64,000 nt of DNA, taken from contig CDMY01000688.1 in NCBI GenBank assembly GCA_001179505.1, positions 231,376 through 295,375 on the forward strand, read 5' to 3'. Within the stretch, counting starts at the first letter, position 1. Each line of letters begins with the position of its first letter. This DNA comes from Vitrella brassicaformis CCMP3155. Lineage: Eukaryota > Protista > Chromerida. A model generated the notes under the pieces. The model saw nothing but the letters and a program-made list of their open reading frames with translations. It did no database searches and had not been told where the DNA came from. The translations under genes and the position numbers were made by a program. Of the stretch, positions 12,149 to 22,738 are shown piece by piece.

Positions 12149-12567
12149 GTGGGTGAGCTTTGAAAGCACAGACATCTTCAATCTATGTGTGTCAGGCCCA
12201 GGACAACGTGCCCCATGTGACCAATCAATCAACACAGACACACACATACACACACACGCACTCACACAGAGGGAGAAGGCAGTGCTGCAGGCAGGTGTCT
12301 GACTGTGTGTCTCTTATGTTGTATGGTCTATATCAGGATTGGACACACCCTCTCGTGGCCAGGTCTGTGGTCCTCACTCTCAAGAAGATCATCAAAGCCA
12401 AAGGCAAACACGACCCACAACACACAGGCACTAAACCGACATGCGTCCAGCCTGTATATGTCTTGTTCAGCTGCGGGCCGCAGTTTGGTATGGCTAGGTG
12501 GGTTGCTGTGGCCGGAGGCCGTCTCCCTAGCGACGGCCACCGGCCACACGACTTAGAGGCCGACCCA

Positions 12568-13790
12568 TGACCCCTCTACCACCTTGTCCAAGACCGCGCA
12601 GAAGGCCGAGCAGGAGGAGAAGGCCGAGGACGACGCGGGTGCTCTGAAGGAGGGGGGCAGGCGGATGTCCAACCATGCCCGGCGAATACAAGAGGGAATC
12701 AGGGGGAGAGAGGAGCGAGAGGCCGCAGAGCAGAGGATAAGGGCGGAGAGGGTCGCAGCGCGAAAGGAGAGGAAAAGGCTGGGGAAGCCGCAAAGAAGAA
12801 GACGGCCAAGGATGAGAAGGAAAGAAAAGGCTGTAGGGAAGGCAGGCCTGAAGTGCTTCATTTGACGCTTGTTTGTCATATTCCCTCAGGAATGCAGCTG
12901 CCGTCTGCGTCGACCAAGATCGAGGCACCCAGCCAAGTGCCTAAGTTCGTCGCCGCCCCGGCAGGTGATTGTTGGCAACGTAAAGCGTGTCCTTGATCCC
13001 TATGGCTACTCTCTAGAGGACATCCAAGAGCTTGTCGAGATATGCGGATACGACCAGAGAGAGGTACGTACACACACCTGCAGCCAGCAGACACACGAGA
13101 CACCAAAGCTCATCACACACACACTCCCATTTACCGCATGAATCATCTGTGGGTTTCCCTCCCTTCCTTGACTCCTTAGGTCGAGATTGCTGTGTGGAAC
13201 ATCTTGCAGGACCAGAAGGGCCACGAGAGCGGGAAGCCACCACGCGAGAGCGGGCCAAGGCCAAGCGCGAGGAGTTGCAGAAGGAGCAGCAGGAGGCCGC
13301 CAAGCAGCGCCACATACCCGGCCTCACGGCAGCTCCCACTGCGAACGCATACGGAAGAGGGAGCTGCGGTGACGTGAAGCGGAGATGGGTCGTGAAGGGA
13401 GCGATTCCGACATGAAGCTGCTCGAGAGGGCGGCATGGACATCATGAAGGCAGTCGGCGTGCACCCACCTGCTGCTGCCGCCGAGGCTGCAGCGCCCAAG
13501 CCTTCTCAGCCCTGCCGCAGACTTGCACCGCCTGCCACCGTCCGGCCACCGCACCCCGGCAAGATATGGGTCGTGAAGCAAGCGGCGACATGAAGCTGCT
13601 GTGTGTTTATGTTTTGCGTGTTTGTGTTTATGGTTTGTGATGTGGGGGTCTTGCTGAGACCTGCCCCAAGGCCGCCAAGCGAGAGCGGGCCAAGGCCAAA
13701 CGGGAAGAGTTGGAGAAGGAGCAGCAGGAGGCCACCAAGCAGTGTGACGTCCCTGGCCTGATAGCAGCTTTCCATACGGCCTGCAGCAGG
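12568..13790 (+). pseudogene. Charged low-complexity and UBA-like coding fragments with a duplicated RERAKAKREEL module
   Basis: VKRVLDPYGYSLEDIQELVEICGYDQRE|VEIAVWNIL resembles a UBA-like three-helix bundle. RERAKAKREELQKEQQEAAKQ (~13250) and RERAKAKREELEKEQQEATKQ (~13680) are paralogous, and the frames are discontinuous. Confidence 0.4.
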
Positions 13791-13974
13791 CCATTCAGCG
13801 TCGAAAGCGGCCCAGCGGCAAGGCCCCGGTAGGCAGTAAGTTCGAATTGTATAAGCAAGCTTTATACCTCCACCACACCCGGGAATGTAATGTCTCTCAT
13901 TATCCGTTGCTTGCTGCGTGTGCTTGTCTGTTTGTCTGTCTGTCTGTCTATGACTTTTAGGGAGGGAGGATGAG

Positions 13975-15123
13975 ATGGGTGCCAGTACGCAAACGATGGA
14001 TTGGGTCAAGGAGGGCTTTGACGGCATGCGAAAGAAAAGCGGCAGGCCCCCCCCGGTAAGAAATTGTGCGTATCATGACAAGATATGTGCTTGCACTCGG
14101 TTGCTGCGTGTGGTTGTCTATGCCGTGCAGGGCATGAAGTGGGTGCCGATTCGGGCTTGGAAAGCAGCGGAAAGAACCCACCGAGCGAAGGAGGCCAGAC
14201 AGAGACAGCAGGCAAAAAAACGCGATGAAGCGCGGTAATGTAAGTCAGTTCAATTGTGCCTCTTATGTCTCGCAGATGCATCGGTGCCTACATTTTATAT
14301 CCAGACGAGATTTTATCTCATGTGACGAAGCTGCGGTCTGTCGATACCCACAGGTATCCGCAGGTCTGCATCTTTGGATTCATGTGGTTACAGAATGAAT
14401 ATGTGTTTTTTGACAGATGCCGGTAATTGCGCCGCATCTGGAAAACAATTGGAGCCACGCCTTTGATGACCTGATTCGCAAGACGGCCGACGATTATCAC
14501 GTGAGGTGGGAGGACTATCAAGAGCGCGGCGGTTACGACAACAGAATTGAAGTGAGCTTCGCAGGTGAGTGTACACGTAAAGGAACGACACAATGTCGTA
14601 GATGACTGTGGTCCTGTCTGGACCCGCAAGCACCGAAACAAATGTGTCATCCACCACGGCCTCTGCCGCCAGGCAGCAGTGCACCGGGGAACTCTTCACG
14701 GCTCTCAGGAACCTCATTGATGAGGAAGAAGCGGCTGCTGGCGTGCCCGAGGAGGACAGGTTTGCCTCCTGGTTCGGCGTCGGCTACGTCCACGAGATGC
14801 GGTGCATTGGGTGTGGACACGGGTGGTTTGGCGCCAGTCAGCATGAGGGCAGCGTGCTGGTGTGTGTGGATGAGACGATGGAGATGCACAAGGGCGAGTG
14901 GGACCTCATGAGGGCTGTCGACAGGGCGGTGAGACGGCCCGAGCCCAAGGAGGCCGTGTGTGGCGCACGAGAGACATGCGATTTGTGTGGCGCCCAGCTG
15001 CTTTGTCAAAGGTCAGCTCGACAGGAAGAGACCAAAGACCCATTGCCATATGTTCGTCTCCTTTTTGTTTTTGTTATCAGGCGGTCGTTCTTCGACTCAC
15101 GCGAAGTGGGCACCAATGGCTGA
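13975..15123 (+). pseudogene. Spliced hypothetical gene ending in a partial USP (ubiquitin protease) fingers-like segment
   Basis: FASWFGVGYVHEMRCIGCGH...DLMRAVDRAVRRPEP...ETCDLCGAQLLCQRS fits the USP CxxC...CxxC fingers pattern. No Cys box or His box seen, and one exon phase mismatch. Confidence 0.4.
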
Positions 15124-15595
15124 TTTCATCGTCTCGCTGCCTGTCGCCCCCGCCGCCACCTCCCACCCCTAGCTGACCATATCAACAAATCTGCCATATC
15201 AACACGGTGAGCGACCGATCACAACACAACACAACACAACGCAACGCAAGGCAACAACATTCGCGCGATAAGCAGAGGATGTCTTTATTTGTGTTCCCCC
15301 GCATCGCGCATGTGGGGCGCTGTGTGTATGTCTGCAGAGGGAGGAGAATGTCGGCATTTGCTGTCTACATTTTATATTCGTGGCATCTTCTTCAATTCCT
15401 CCGCACCCTATCAGTGAATCGATTCGGCTGGTGACAGGAGTGGTGCCTGTCCGTCTGCAAGAGCTACCCCAACTATGACGTCTTCTTCGTCGGCTTGACA
15501 CACACCGACACACCCAACGCCACGATCCCTTCTGCCTCCCTCTCCCTCTTCGTCACACACCAACACCAACACCAACACCAACACCAGCAGCTGAG

Positions 15596-15868
15596 GTGTC
15601 AATCATCGTGTCTCACGTTCTTGCGTCCGAGATGGAGCTGTTCGCTGGCTTCCCGGATCCCGCGCGCCCGCCATCAGTACTGCACTGGGAGCATTTCAAG
15701 ACCGAGGCAAAGAAGATGCTCCATCTGACGGACGAGGCGTTTGAGAACTTGCACATCGGCGCCCTCTTGGACCGCACCGCAGCCGTCGTCCAGTGGGGGC
15801 AGGCTATAACACAGCAACAGGTATTTATCCAGAATACAAGTCAGGCCTGGACATGCACTCGCACTTAG
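15596..15868 (+). other. Coding-like fragment of unknown family
   Basis: GC3-rich codons: SEMELFAGFPDPARPPSVLHWEHFKTEAKKMLHLTDEAFENLHIGALLDRTAAVVQWGQA. No clear start. Confidence 0.3.
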
Positions 15869-16009
15869 ACAGGCCAACGGTGTGGTCGCTGGATGTGTGC
15901 CTTTTTGCAGCTTTCTGCGTTGAAGCTCAGTGAGGCCCCTTCCCTGGGGAACATAGCATAGGTGCGGCCATTGGCACACGGAGATTGAGCGATGGCGTTT
16001 CCACCGACA

Positions 16010-16047
<38 letters not shown>

Positions 16048-16907
16048 CCTATCTCTCCGCACAGGTTGACCTGACGGGCGGCGCCGCTGCTGCGGCATCA
16101 GGACCGGTTTCGGGGCCTCCGCGATCCAAGGTGTGTAGAAGCACATACCCACAGGCCCCCTTTTGTCGCTCTCTCACTGTGGGTGCCTTCCTCGCTCTGC
16201 CAGGCGCCTCCTATTCTAGTGCGCCCACCGCCGCCCAAGCACCCGTGTAAGTGTGCGCACCTGCGACAGCAGCAGGCAGCCACAGAAGAGGGACACTGTC
16301 TGTGTGTTGTCTCTTTGTGGTGTCAGTCGAGATAGAGAAGTACACTCCGTGGATGCTAGGCCAGCGAGAGTCATCGCGGGTACGTATGAGCACGCAGATG
16401 GGGGAGAGCACCTACGCGTCATCCGCCCCCACACACCACACGTGTCTTGCCTGTTGGTTGCCTTGTCTGTCTTTCTTTCTGTCTATCAGGCGCCACTCAA
16501 GCAGAGACCCGGTGAGGCGGGGCTGGAGACGCTGGAGACGCCCCCTATGCCCATCCCTCCGCCTTGACATGCAGCACCGGGTGTGCCAAGGCCCAAGATG
16601 GCCTTCTACGGTACGTCCATTCAAACCCGCACTTGAGTCCTCTCAATGATTGTGTGTGTATGTGGGATGCCTCCAGAGACGTGCCAGCGTTGGCAAGAGG
16701 GCCGTCTGCAGGACCCCATGGCGACCATGCTGCAGCCGCGACACACGGAAGGGCCGACAGGGAGGCCTGCACACCGCCACGCCGCAAGACTGCCGCGCCC
16801 ACGCGACGTCAGCCAGCGGCAGGGGCACTTGCTTCTAGCCGATCGCTGTTTACATTTTATATCAGCGGTCTTCTTCCATTCCACTGCACCAGCGATCGAG
16901 CTGTAGT

Positions 16908-17280
16908 ACCCATGCCGAGTATGCATTTATCCGCGCGTCACGTGGCGCGTGTGTGACCTTTTCTCAGACCCTTCTGTCGCCCCACATACGGTCGCGCGTG
17001 TTTGTGCGTGTGTGCGTGTGTGTATCGACTCGACTCCTGCCCGTGGGGCACTTCAAGTCGATATGACTCCGAGGGGCAGAAGTCGATATGTCTCCCTCCA
17101 CAGCCTGTGCATGACATCAATCCACAACCCGCGGAGTCCCAATCCTCTTTGATGGTCTCTGCAGGTAGGCACAGACACATCGGCCTCATCCCTCCGGTAA
17201 GATAGAATATGGGACTGAGGGGTGAGTCGTTGCGGCGAGAGAGGGTTTGGCTGATGTAATCTCGTGATGGTGTACGTGTG
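16908..17280 (+). repeat. Non-coding duplicated element, copy 1, upstream of the secreted gene at 17650
   Basis: Shares GTCACGTGGCGCGTGTGTGACCTTTTCTCAGACCCTTCTGTCGCCCCACATACGGTCGCGCG, GGGGCAGAAGTCGATATGTCTCC, CCTCTTTGATGGTCTCTG and AGATAGAATA.(.)GGGACTGAGGG with 20248-20520. Confidence 0.9.
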
Positions 17281-17649
17281 TTGGTGGTCGGCATCATGAT
17301 CATGCTTGTCTGTGCATGAGGTGCACCCGTTGTGTCCACTGCGTTGTGCGGCCTGCCTGGCGCTCCTCCCCTTGATGTGCGTACGTGTACATGTATAACA
17401 CTCTGTGTGACACGTGTGTTTGCAAGTGAATGCATCAATTGCTGCATGGGGGATCGCGCACGCGACCTGGCAGCAATGGCCGTGACAACGCGTACGAGGA
17501 AATTGACGCCGCATGTTTTTGGCCCCCAGCATGAGACCTGTGGGCGTCTTTTCAGAATTTCACTCCATATTCTACACTCCGCTCGTCGCAAGGCTTCTAT
17601 TGACCGTCCATCCAGTATCCACACCCACTGCCAGTCTGACACACTCGCC

Positions 17650-19378
17650 ATGAAAACCGCTGTCTCCATGCTGTTTGCCGTCGCCCCTCTGCTGCTCCAC
17701 GTCATGGCCGCCACTGGCAAGCCTGTTCGGCCCCAGCTGAGCGCTAGCCTCGCGCTCATCCAAACCCAGGCGCAGCGGGCAAAGGCCATGGCCCTCGCCG
17801 CTAACGAGATGGCGCTCACCGCTGACGAGACGGCAGCCACGGCTGTCAAGACCATCAACGCGGCAGAACAACAGCTCAAATATCTCGCAGGTACATGCGT
17901 TGTGTGCATCGGAAGCAATGCACAGCTTGGATGCACGGGTTTACATAACCGATGTCTTTCTTGCGACAGGCCAATGGCCCACCAGCATGGAACCGCCGAC
18001 TGACAAAGGCCGGCAGAACGCATGCGCATGGATCCGTACATGAGAGTTCCTTTCTCTCTTTATTGGTTCAGATGAGATGTCTCGAATTCTGAAGTTCCAC
18101 TCAAAGCAGGAATACAAATGAACGGACTGGTTTCACATTCTGGGGCTCAACGTTCAATACCCAGACATAAGCACTGATGACGTCGCAAGGGCTTACACGA
18201 AGCTGAGCCAACTAGTAAGCGTCCACAGCCGATCAGAAAACACATAAACATTTGTACTCTCCGGTGCGTCCACATACAGATACAGCCGGCGAGAAACCAC
18301 CCTAAGCTACAGGAGAGATTCACAGCCGCCCAAAAGCTGGTACCACAAACCTCTACACACAGACAGACAGACAGACAGACAGGGGGAATTGGGCCTTCAC
18401 TCTATGACATGCATGTGATGCAGCTGGATATGGCAAAACAGCATTTGTTGGTCGAGTGCACAAAGGATCACCAGTGCGGGAAAGTCGGTTCGTGGGGACA
18501 AGCCTTCAAGTGCTTCGCGAAGAGAGACTTCACCGGTATGTGCAAGGTTAGAGACTTGATATGCAGATGCGGATCTGAAACCGTCATCTTTCTTTGGTGG
18601 CTCTCTTGCGCATGTCGCGAATGAAGATCGCAGGGGAGGAGCACGACCAATGTGAAGACGAAAAGCAAACGCACAGGCTGGCGCACAAGTGCAACCGCTC
18701 GCTGCCGGACATCGAGCTCAAATGCGAAGCAACCCAATTCGGCAAGGTTTGCGTGAAGCAGGGCTGTTACAGCGACGAGGACTGCCAGAACAATGAGAAT
18801 GAGCCCCTGTGCTTCAAGCCAGTCCTCTTTGAGTCCAAAAGATTTGGAAAAGCCGGCGCATGCCGCGTAAGAAATGCTGATCCAAGTTTGGCTTGCCTAT
18901 CTTTGGCATTCACGAATGAATTTCGTGTGTGCTGGTACATTTTCCTCGCTCAGAGCGTCGGAGTTGTGTCTGACCAGTGCAAACCAGATGGTACGCATCC
19001 CTGTGATGCCGGCCTTCAGTGCACACCGGTGTGGTTCGATAAGTCGAAGCACGCCTGCGTGCTTTCCCAGTGTTCGGACGACAACGACTGCTTGGGCAAC
19101 AAGTACGGCCACCTGTGCTTCAAGCAGCTCGGGGGAAATGGACGAGAATGCAGGGTCAGGAACACAGAGAGGGTAGCTAGCCAGACGAAAAATCCCTGGA
19201 TGGACCTTTCCTGCGTGTGCGTCCATGTGTGCAGGACAAGGGCGACATCCAGGTCCGTTGTGATGAGACACATCCATGTTATGAAGGCCTGGTGTGCACC
19301 GGAAAACGCGACACGCGTGGATGGGGCCCTTATCGGAATCGCCGGTGCCTCTGGCCGTCTGATATAGATGATGTTTAA
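17650..19378 (+). CDS. Secreted protein: signal peptide, Ala-rich helix, degenerate J-domain, Cys-rich CxxDxDC repeats; carries an in-frame TGA (possible pseudogene)
   Basis: MKTAVSMLFAVAPLLLHVMAA leader. Exons are phase-compatible (17650-17890, 17970-18035, 18072-18214, 18280-18339, 18424-...,19235-19378). Modules CTKDHQC, CYSDEDC, CSDDNDC. In-frame TGA at 18119-18121. Confidence 0.65.
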
Positions 19379-20247
19379 TGTTGTTCGTCTGCCCGTCTGT
19401 CTGTCTGTCGGTCGGTCGGTCGGTCGGTCGGTCTGTCGGTCTGTGTCTCTGCGTGGCTGTGTCACGTTACTGTCTGGCTTTCTGCCTGATCTGGCTGCCC
19501 AGTCTGGTGGGTGCCGCTGATGAGCAGTGGTAGATCTGCGCACGCTGGCTGGTGAGGTGTAGGTGTTGGCGGATTTGCCTGCACCCCTAGCACTCTCTCA
19601 CACTGACTGACCGACCGACTGAATCATGCAGACAGACACTGATTTGAAGTCCTGTCTTGTGCGTGATGGACATGTCAACCAACGGAACAGTAAATGGACG
19701 GAAAGACGGACACACGGCCTTAGGTGTGTCAGTATGTCTGTGAGCCGCTCGACGGCCACCACAATGAATGCGTCAGGTCACCATGGCACATCACAGTCAG
19801 CAAGCCAACACACGATGCACACCACACCGAAATCGAGAAGCAAGCATCGTGATGCCTGTATCTCTCACGCGCCCAGCCCACCTCATCTCTCCTTCACACA
19901 CACGTGTATACACACATACGGCCTGCGTTCATTCACCAACACGCCAGGCACCCACGTCGGCACATAGAGAAATAGTCAGGCAATACAAACCAACCAGAGC
20001 ACTCAGTCTGTGTGGTGTAACATGGCCAGGAAGCGTTCAACAGTCGGCACACCGACACACGGTGCGCACCGCACTACACCAACACCGAGAAGCAAACAGA
20101 CGCCTCTCTCACACTCGTGTGCGGGGCGCCCATCCCACTGGCATCTCTCTCTCTCTCCTTCCCCCACACACACAACAGTGTGTATGGCGCATACGCAGCC
20201 ACCTATATATCGGCACAGAGAGAGGGATACTCAGGCGCATCCACCCG

Positions 20248-20520
20248 CCCGCCGAGTATGCCTGTTATCCGCGGGTCACGTGGCGCGTGTGTGACCTTTT
20301 CTCAGACCCTTCTGTCGCCCCACATACGGTCGCGCGCGTCTGCATGCGTGTGTGTGTGTGTGTGTATCGACTCGACTACTGCGGGGCAGAAGTCGATATG
20401 TCTCCCCCACAGCCTCTCCCGTTCCTCTTTGATGGTCTCTGGGCAGGGGTAGGTAGATAGAATACCGGGACTGAGGGATGAGTCGCGGCGAGGTTTAATT
20501 TGGCTATATGTAAATACCGT
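20248..20520 (+). repeat. Non-coding duplicated element, copy 2, upstream of the gene at 20578
   Basis: Paralogue of 16908-17280. Confidence 0.9.
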
Positions 20521-20577
20521 GAATTTGCGCGAGCCGTAACGGTCACCGTACAGACCGTCGAAACGTACGTGCAAAAA

Positions 20578-21734
20578 ATGGCTTTCCCTCGCCTCGCACT
20601 CGTCGCTGCTTGCCTGGCCGCCTTGTCATTTGTCTCTGCGCAGCAATGTTGACGGGGCGGTTTCCGTTCAGAGTGGAAGAGCGGTGCCGAAACATTACGA
20701 CGGCACTCAGACAGATGCTCCTAGGTGTGATGTTTCTCTGCGCAGCTGCCTCCTAGTGTGCCCACACTTGTTCCTCCGGTAGAATTGCCCACGTTTCCCA
20801 CCTCTCCCATTTTGCCCAACGGAGTATGTGACCCAGAAGGAGCGCTCCGACGCGTCTGCAGGCGTAAGCACTGACCAACTGGACGTGGTGCGCACATATA
20901 TTGTGAACACACGAGTGTATGCTGTGTGCAGAGATTGTCGCGGGCAACCCCACAAGATGGCGCATTGACTCTGGCGATATTGCGGCCGACGACGATCTTT
21001 TGGCCGATGATGACGTCGCGGCTGGTGGCAACGTCATTGCAGGGGGCTATGTGCGTGCAGACGGCAATGTCAAGGCGGGTGGCAACGTAACTGTGGGAAA
21101 CTTTGCCTTTGACGACAGAGTCCCAGTTTTGCCTTTCTCATTATGGCGTAACTCTGACATCGAGGGCAGCATTATGGCGGCTGGCAACGTGTATGTGGGA
21201 AGCCCGAATGAGGAGGTCATCACGTCGCCCTTTGGCACCGAACGTCCCGCTTGGTATGCTCCTGGTGGCAATGTTTTGGCGAGGGGCAGCGTAATTGCGC
21301 AAACAGATCTTGGGGCGAAGCAGTGTGCGTGTGGAGGGGTGGTGACCCGCCGGGCGGTTGCTGATGCTTTCGAGGTGCCCAGCGACTCGCGCAATCAGCC
21401 CCCGACATCCATGGCCGAGTGGGGCGACCGCAATCGGTCGGCGGCCTATGAGGCCTTCCGGCAGCTGCGTGTGCGCTTCGATGGCGACGCCCAGCTCGCC
21501 CTTGCCCCTGCTGAAGTGCACAAGGTCTTCCCTTCGGCTGTCAAGACATTCACGCCACATAATAAGGATGAGAAGCCCGAGGGGCCGGCTGCCGCTGAGA
21601 TGACCATCGACCTCACTCAGCTGGTCTACACACAACTGGCCGTCATGCAAGGCCTTATAAAGGCCAACGACGAATTGAGAAAGGCCAATGACGCCTTGCG
21701 GGGCCGCGTCACTCGTCTGGAGAAGGGCCGCTGA
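20578..21734 (+). CDS. Phage tail-fibre-like protein: hexapeptide beta-helix repeats, Peptidase S74/ICA chaperone-like domain, C-terminal coiled coil; probable signal peptide
   Basis: Signal-like MAFPRLALVAACLAALSFVSA (20578), Pro-rich exon 20746-20863, main exon ~20930-21734. Repeats DIAADD/DLLADD/DVAAGG/NVIAGG/YVRADG/NVKAGG/NVTVGN, then PSDSRNQ...LALAPAEVHKVFPSAVK...IDLTQLVYTQLAVMQGLIKANDELRKANDALRGRVTRLE. The 5' exon junction is unresolved (TGA 20650-20652). Confidence 0.7.
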
Positions 21735-21796
21735 ACCGATCAAACCGCACCCGGTGAGTGGCGTCCGTATTTATCCATCGTACAGACCCCGCGGGA

Positions 21797-21831
<35 letters not shown>

Positions 21832-22594
21832 TATGCGTGTGTGGCAGGGAAGGGCGGCAACAAGGGAGAAGGCGGCAGGGGCGCCGATTCACCCTCCTCG
21901 ACCATTCGCGGGCTGGTCATGTTGTCATTCATGTATAATAGTGAATGTGGCGCTGCTGCTGGCCTCGGGAAGTGAAGTACAGTGACCGACAGGGCGAAGC
22001 CAGCCCCCCGTCGTCTTGGCTTATTATGCCTGTATGTGTGTGTCGTGCTGTGGTTATGGGGCAAACGTGCATTCTTGGATAGTAGTTATTTGTAGAATTC
22101 GCCCGCTCGCTGGCTGTATTATTTGTTTTATGGGGACTTTTCATCCAATGAATGCGGTGCTTGTGAAAGCTGGCGTCATCCATGCTTCCTGCGCCTATCG
22201 TATACATGCATGTTGTGCGTGTCCGTGTCTCTGTGTGTGTGGGTATGGCACGGTGAGTTAGATGTCGTATCTAGGTCCGAGTCGAGTCGAGAGATCGCAT
22301 CTAGGTAGGTCGTAGCGCGTAGGCAGGTAATCGATCGGCCCCCCGTGTGCTGCGTGAAGTTGTACTGTCATACAGGTAGACTGAGGACCCCACGACAGTC
22401 GCTCAACTCAATTGTCCAAATCCATCCATCCCCCCATCCATCCATCGTACTTGCGTCCGCCATCTATACACACGTCAGACACACACAGACAGACAGACAG
22501 ATACACAGACACCACTGCCCGCAACCATTCGTATGCGACAGACAAACGCACTCCCTTTCTCCCTCCCTCCCTCCCTCCCTCCCTCCCTCCCCGA

Positions 22595-22625
<31 letters not shown>

Positions 22626-22738
22626 CACCAGATGCGCCACATCCGATAGCCCCACATATGGACACGAAGGAAGGGAAAGAAAGCAGACTGTACCACACAC
22701 ATACAGACACCCCGCCCGCAGCCAGCCCATCCACTCCC

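Noticed and set aside
8306-16900. Calling the mosaic region a bona fide Helitron
   Set aside because: No Rep/helicase ORF, no clear 5' TC terminus, and the hairpin is followed by CTAC rather than CTRR. Kept only as a hypothesis.
18119-20652. In-frame TGAs (18119, 20650) as selenocysteine codons
   Set aside because: Neither lies in a redox motif of a known selenoprotein family, and I could not identify a SECIS by eye.
20919-21734. Prophage or viral insertion
   Set aside because: No other phage genes nearby. A spliceosomal intron and host-like codon usage indicate a resident nuclear gene.
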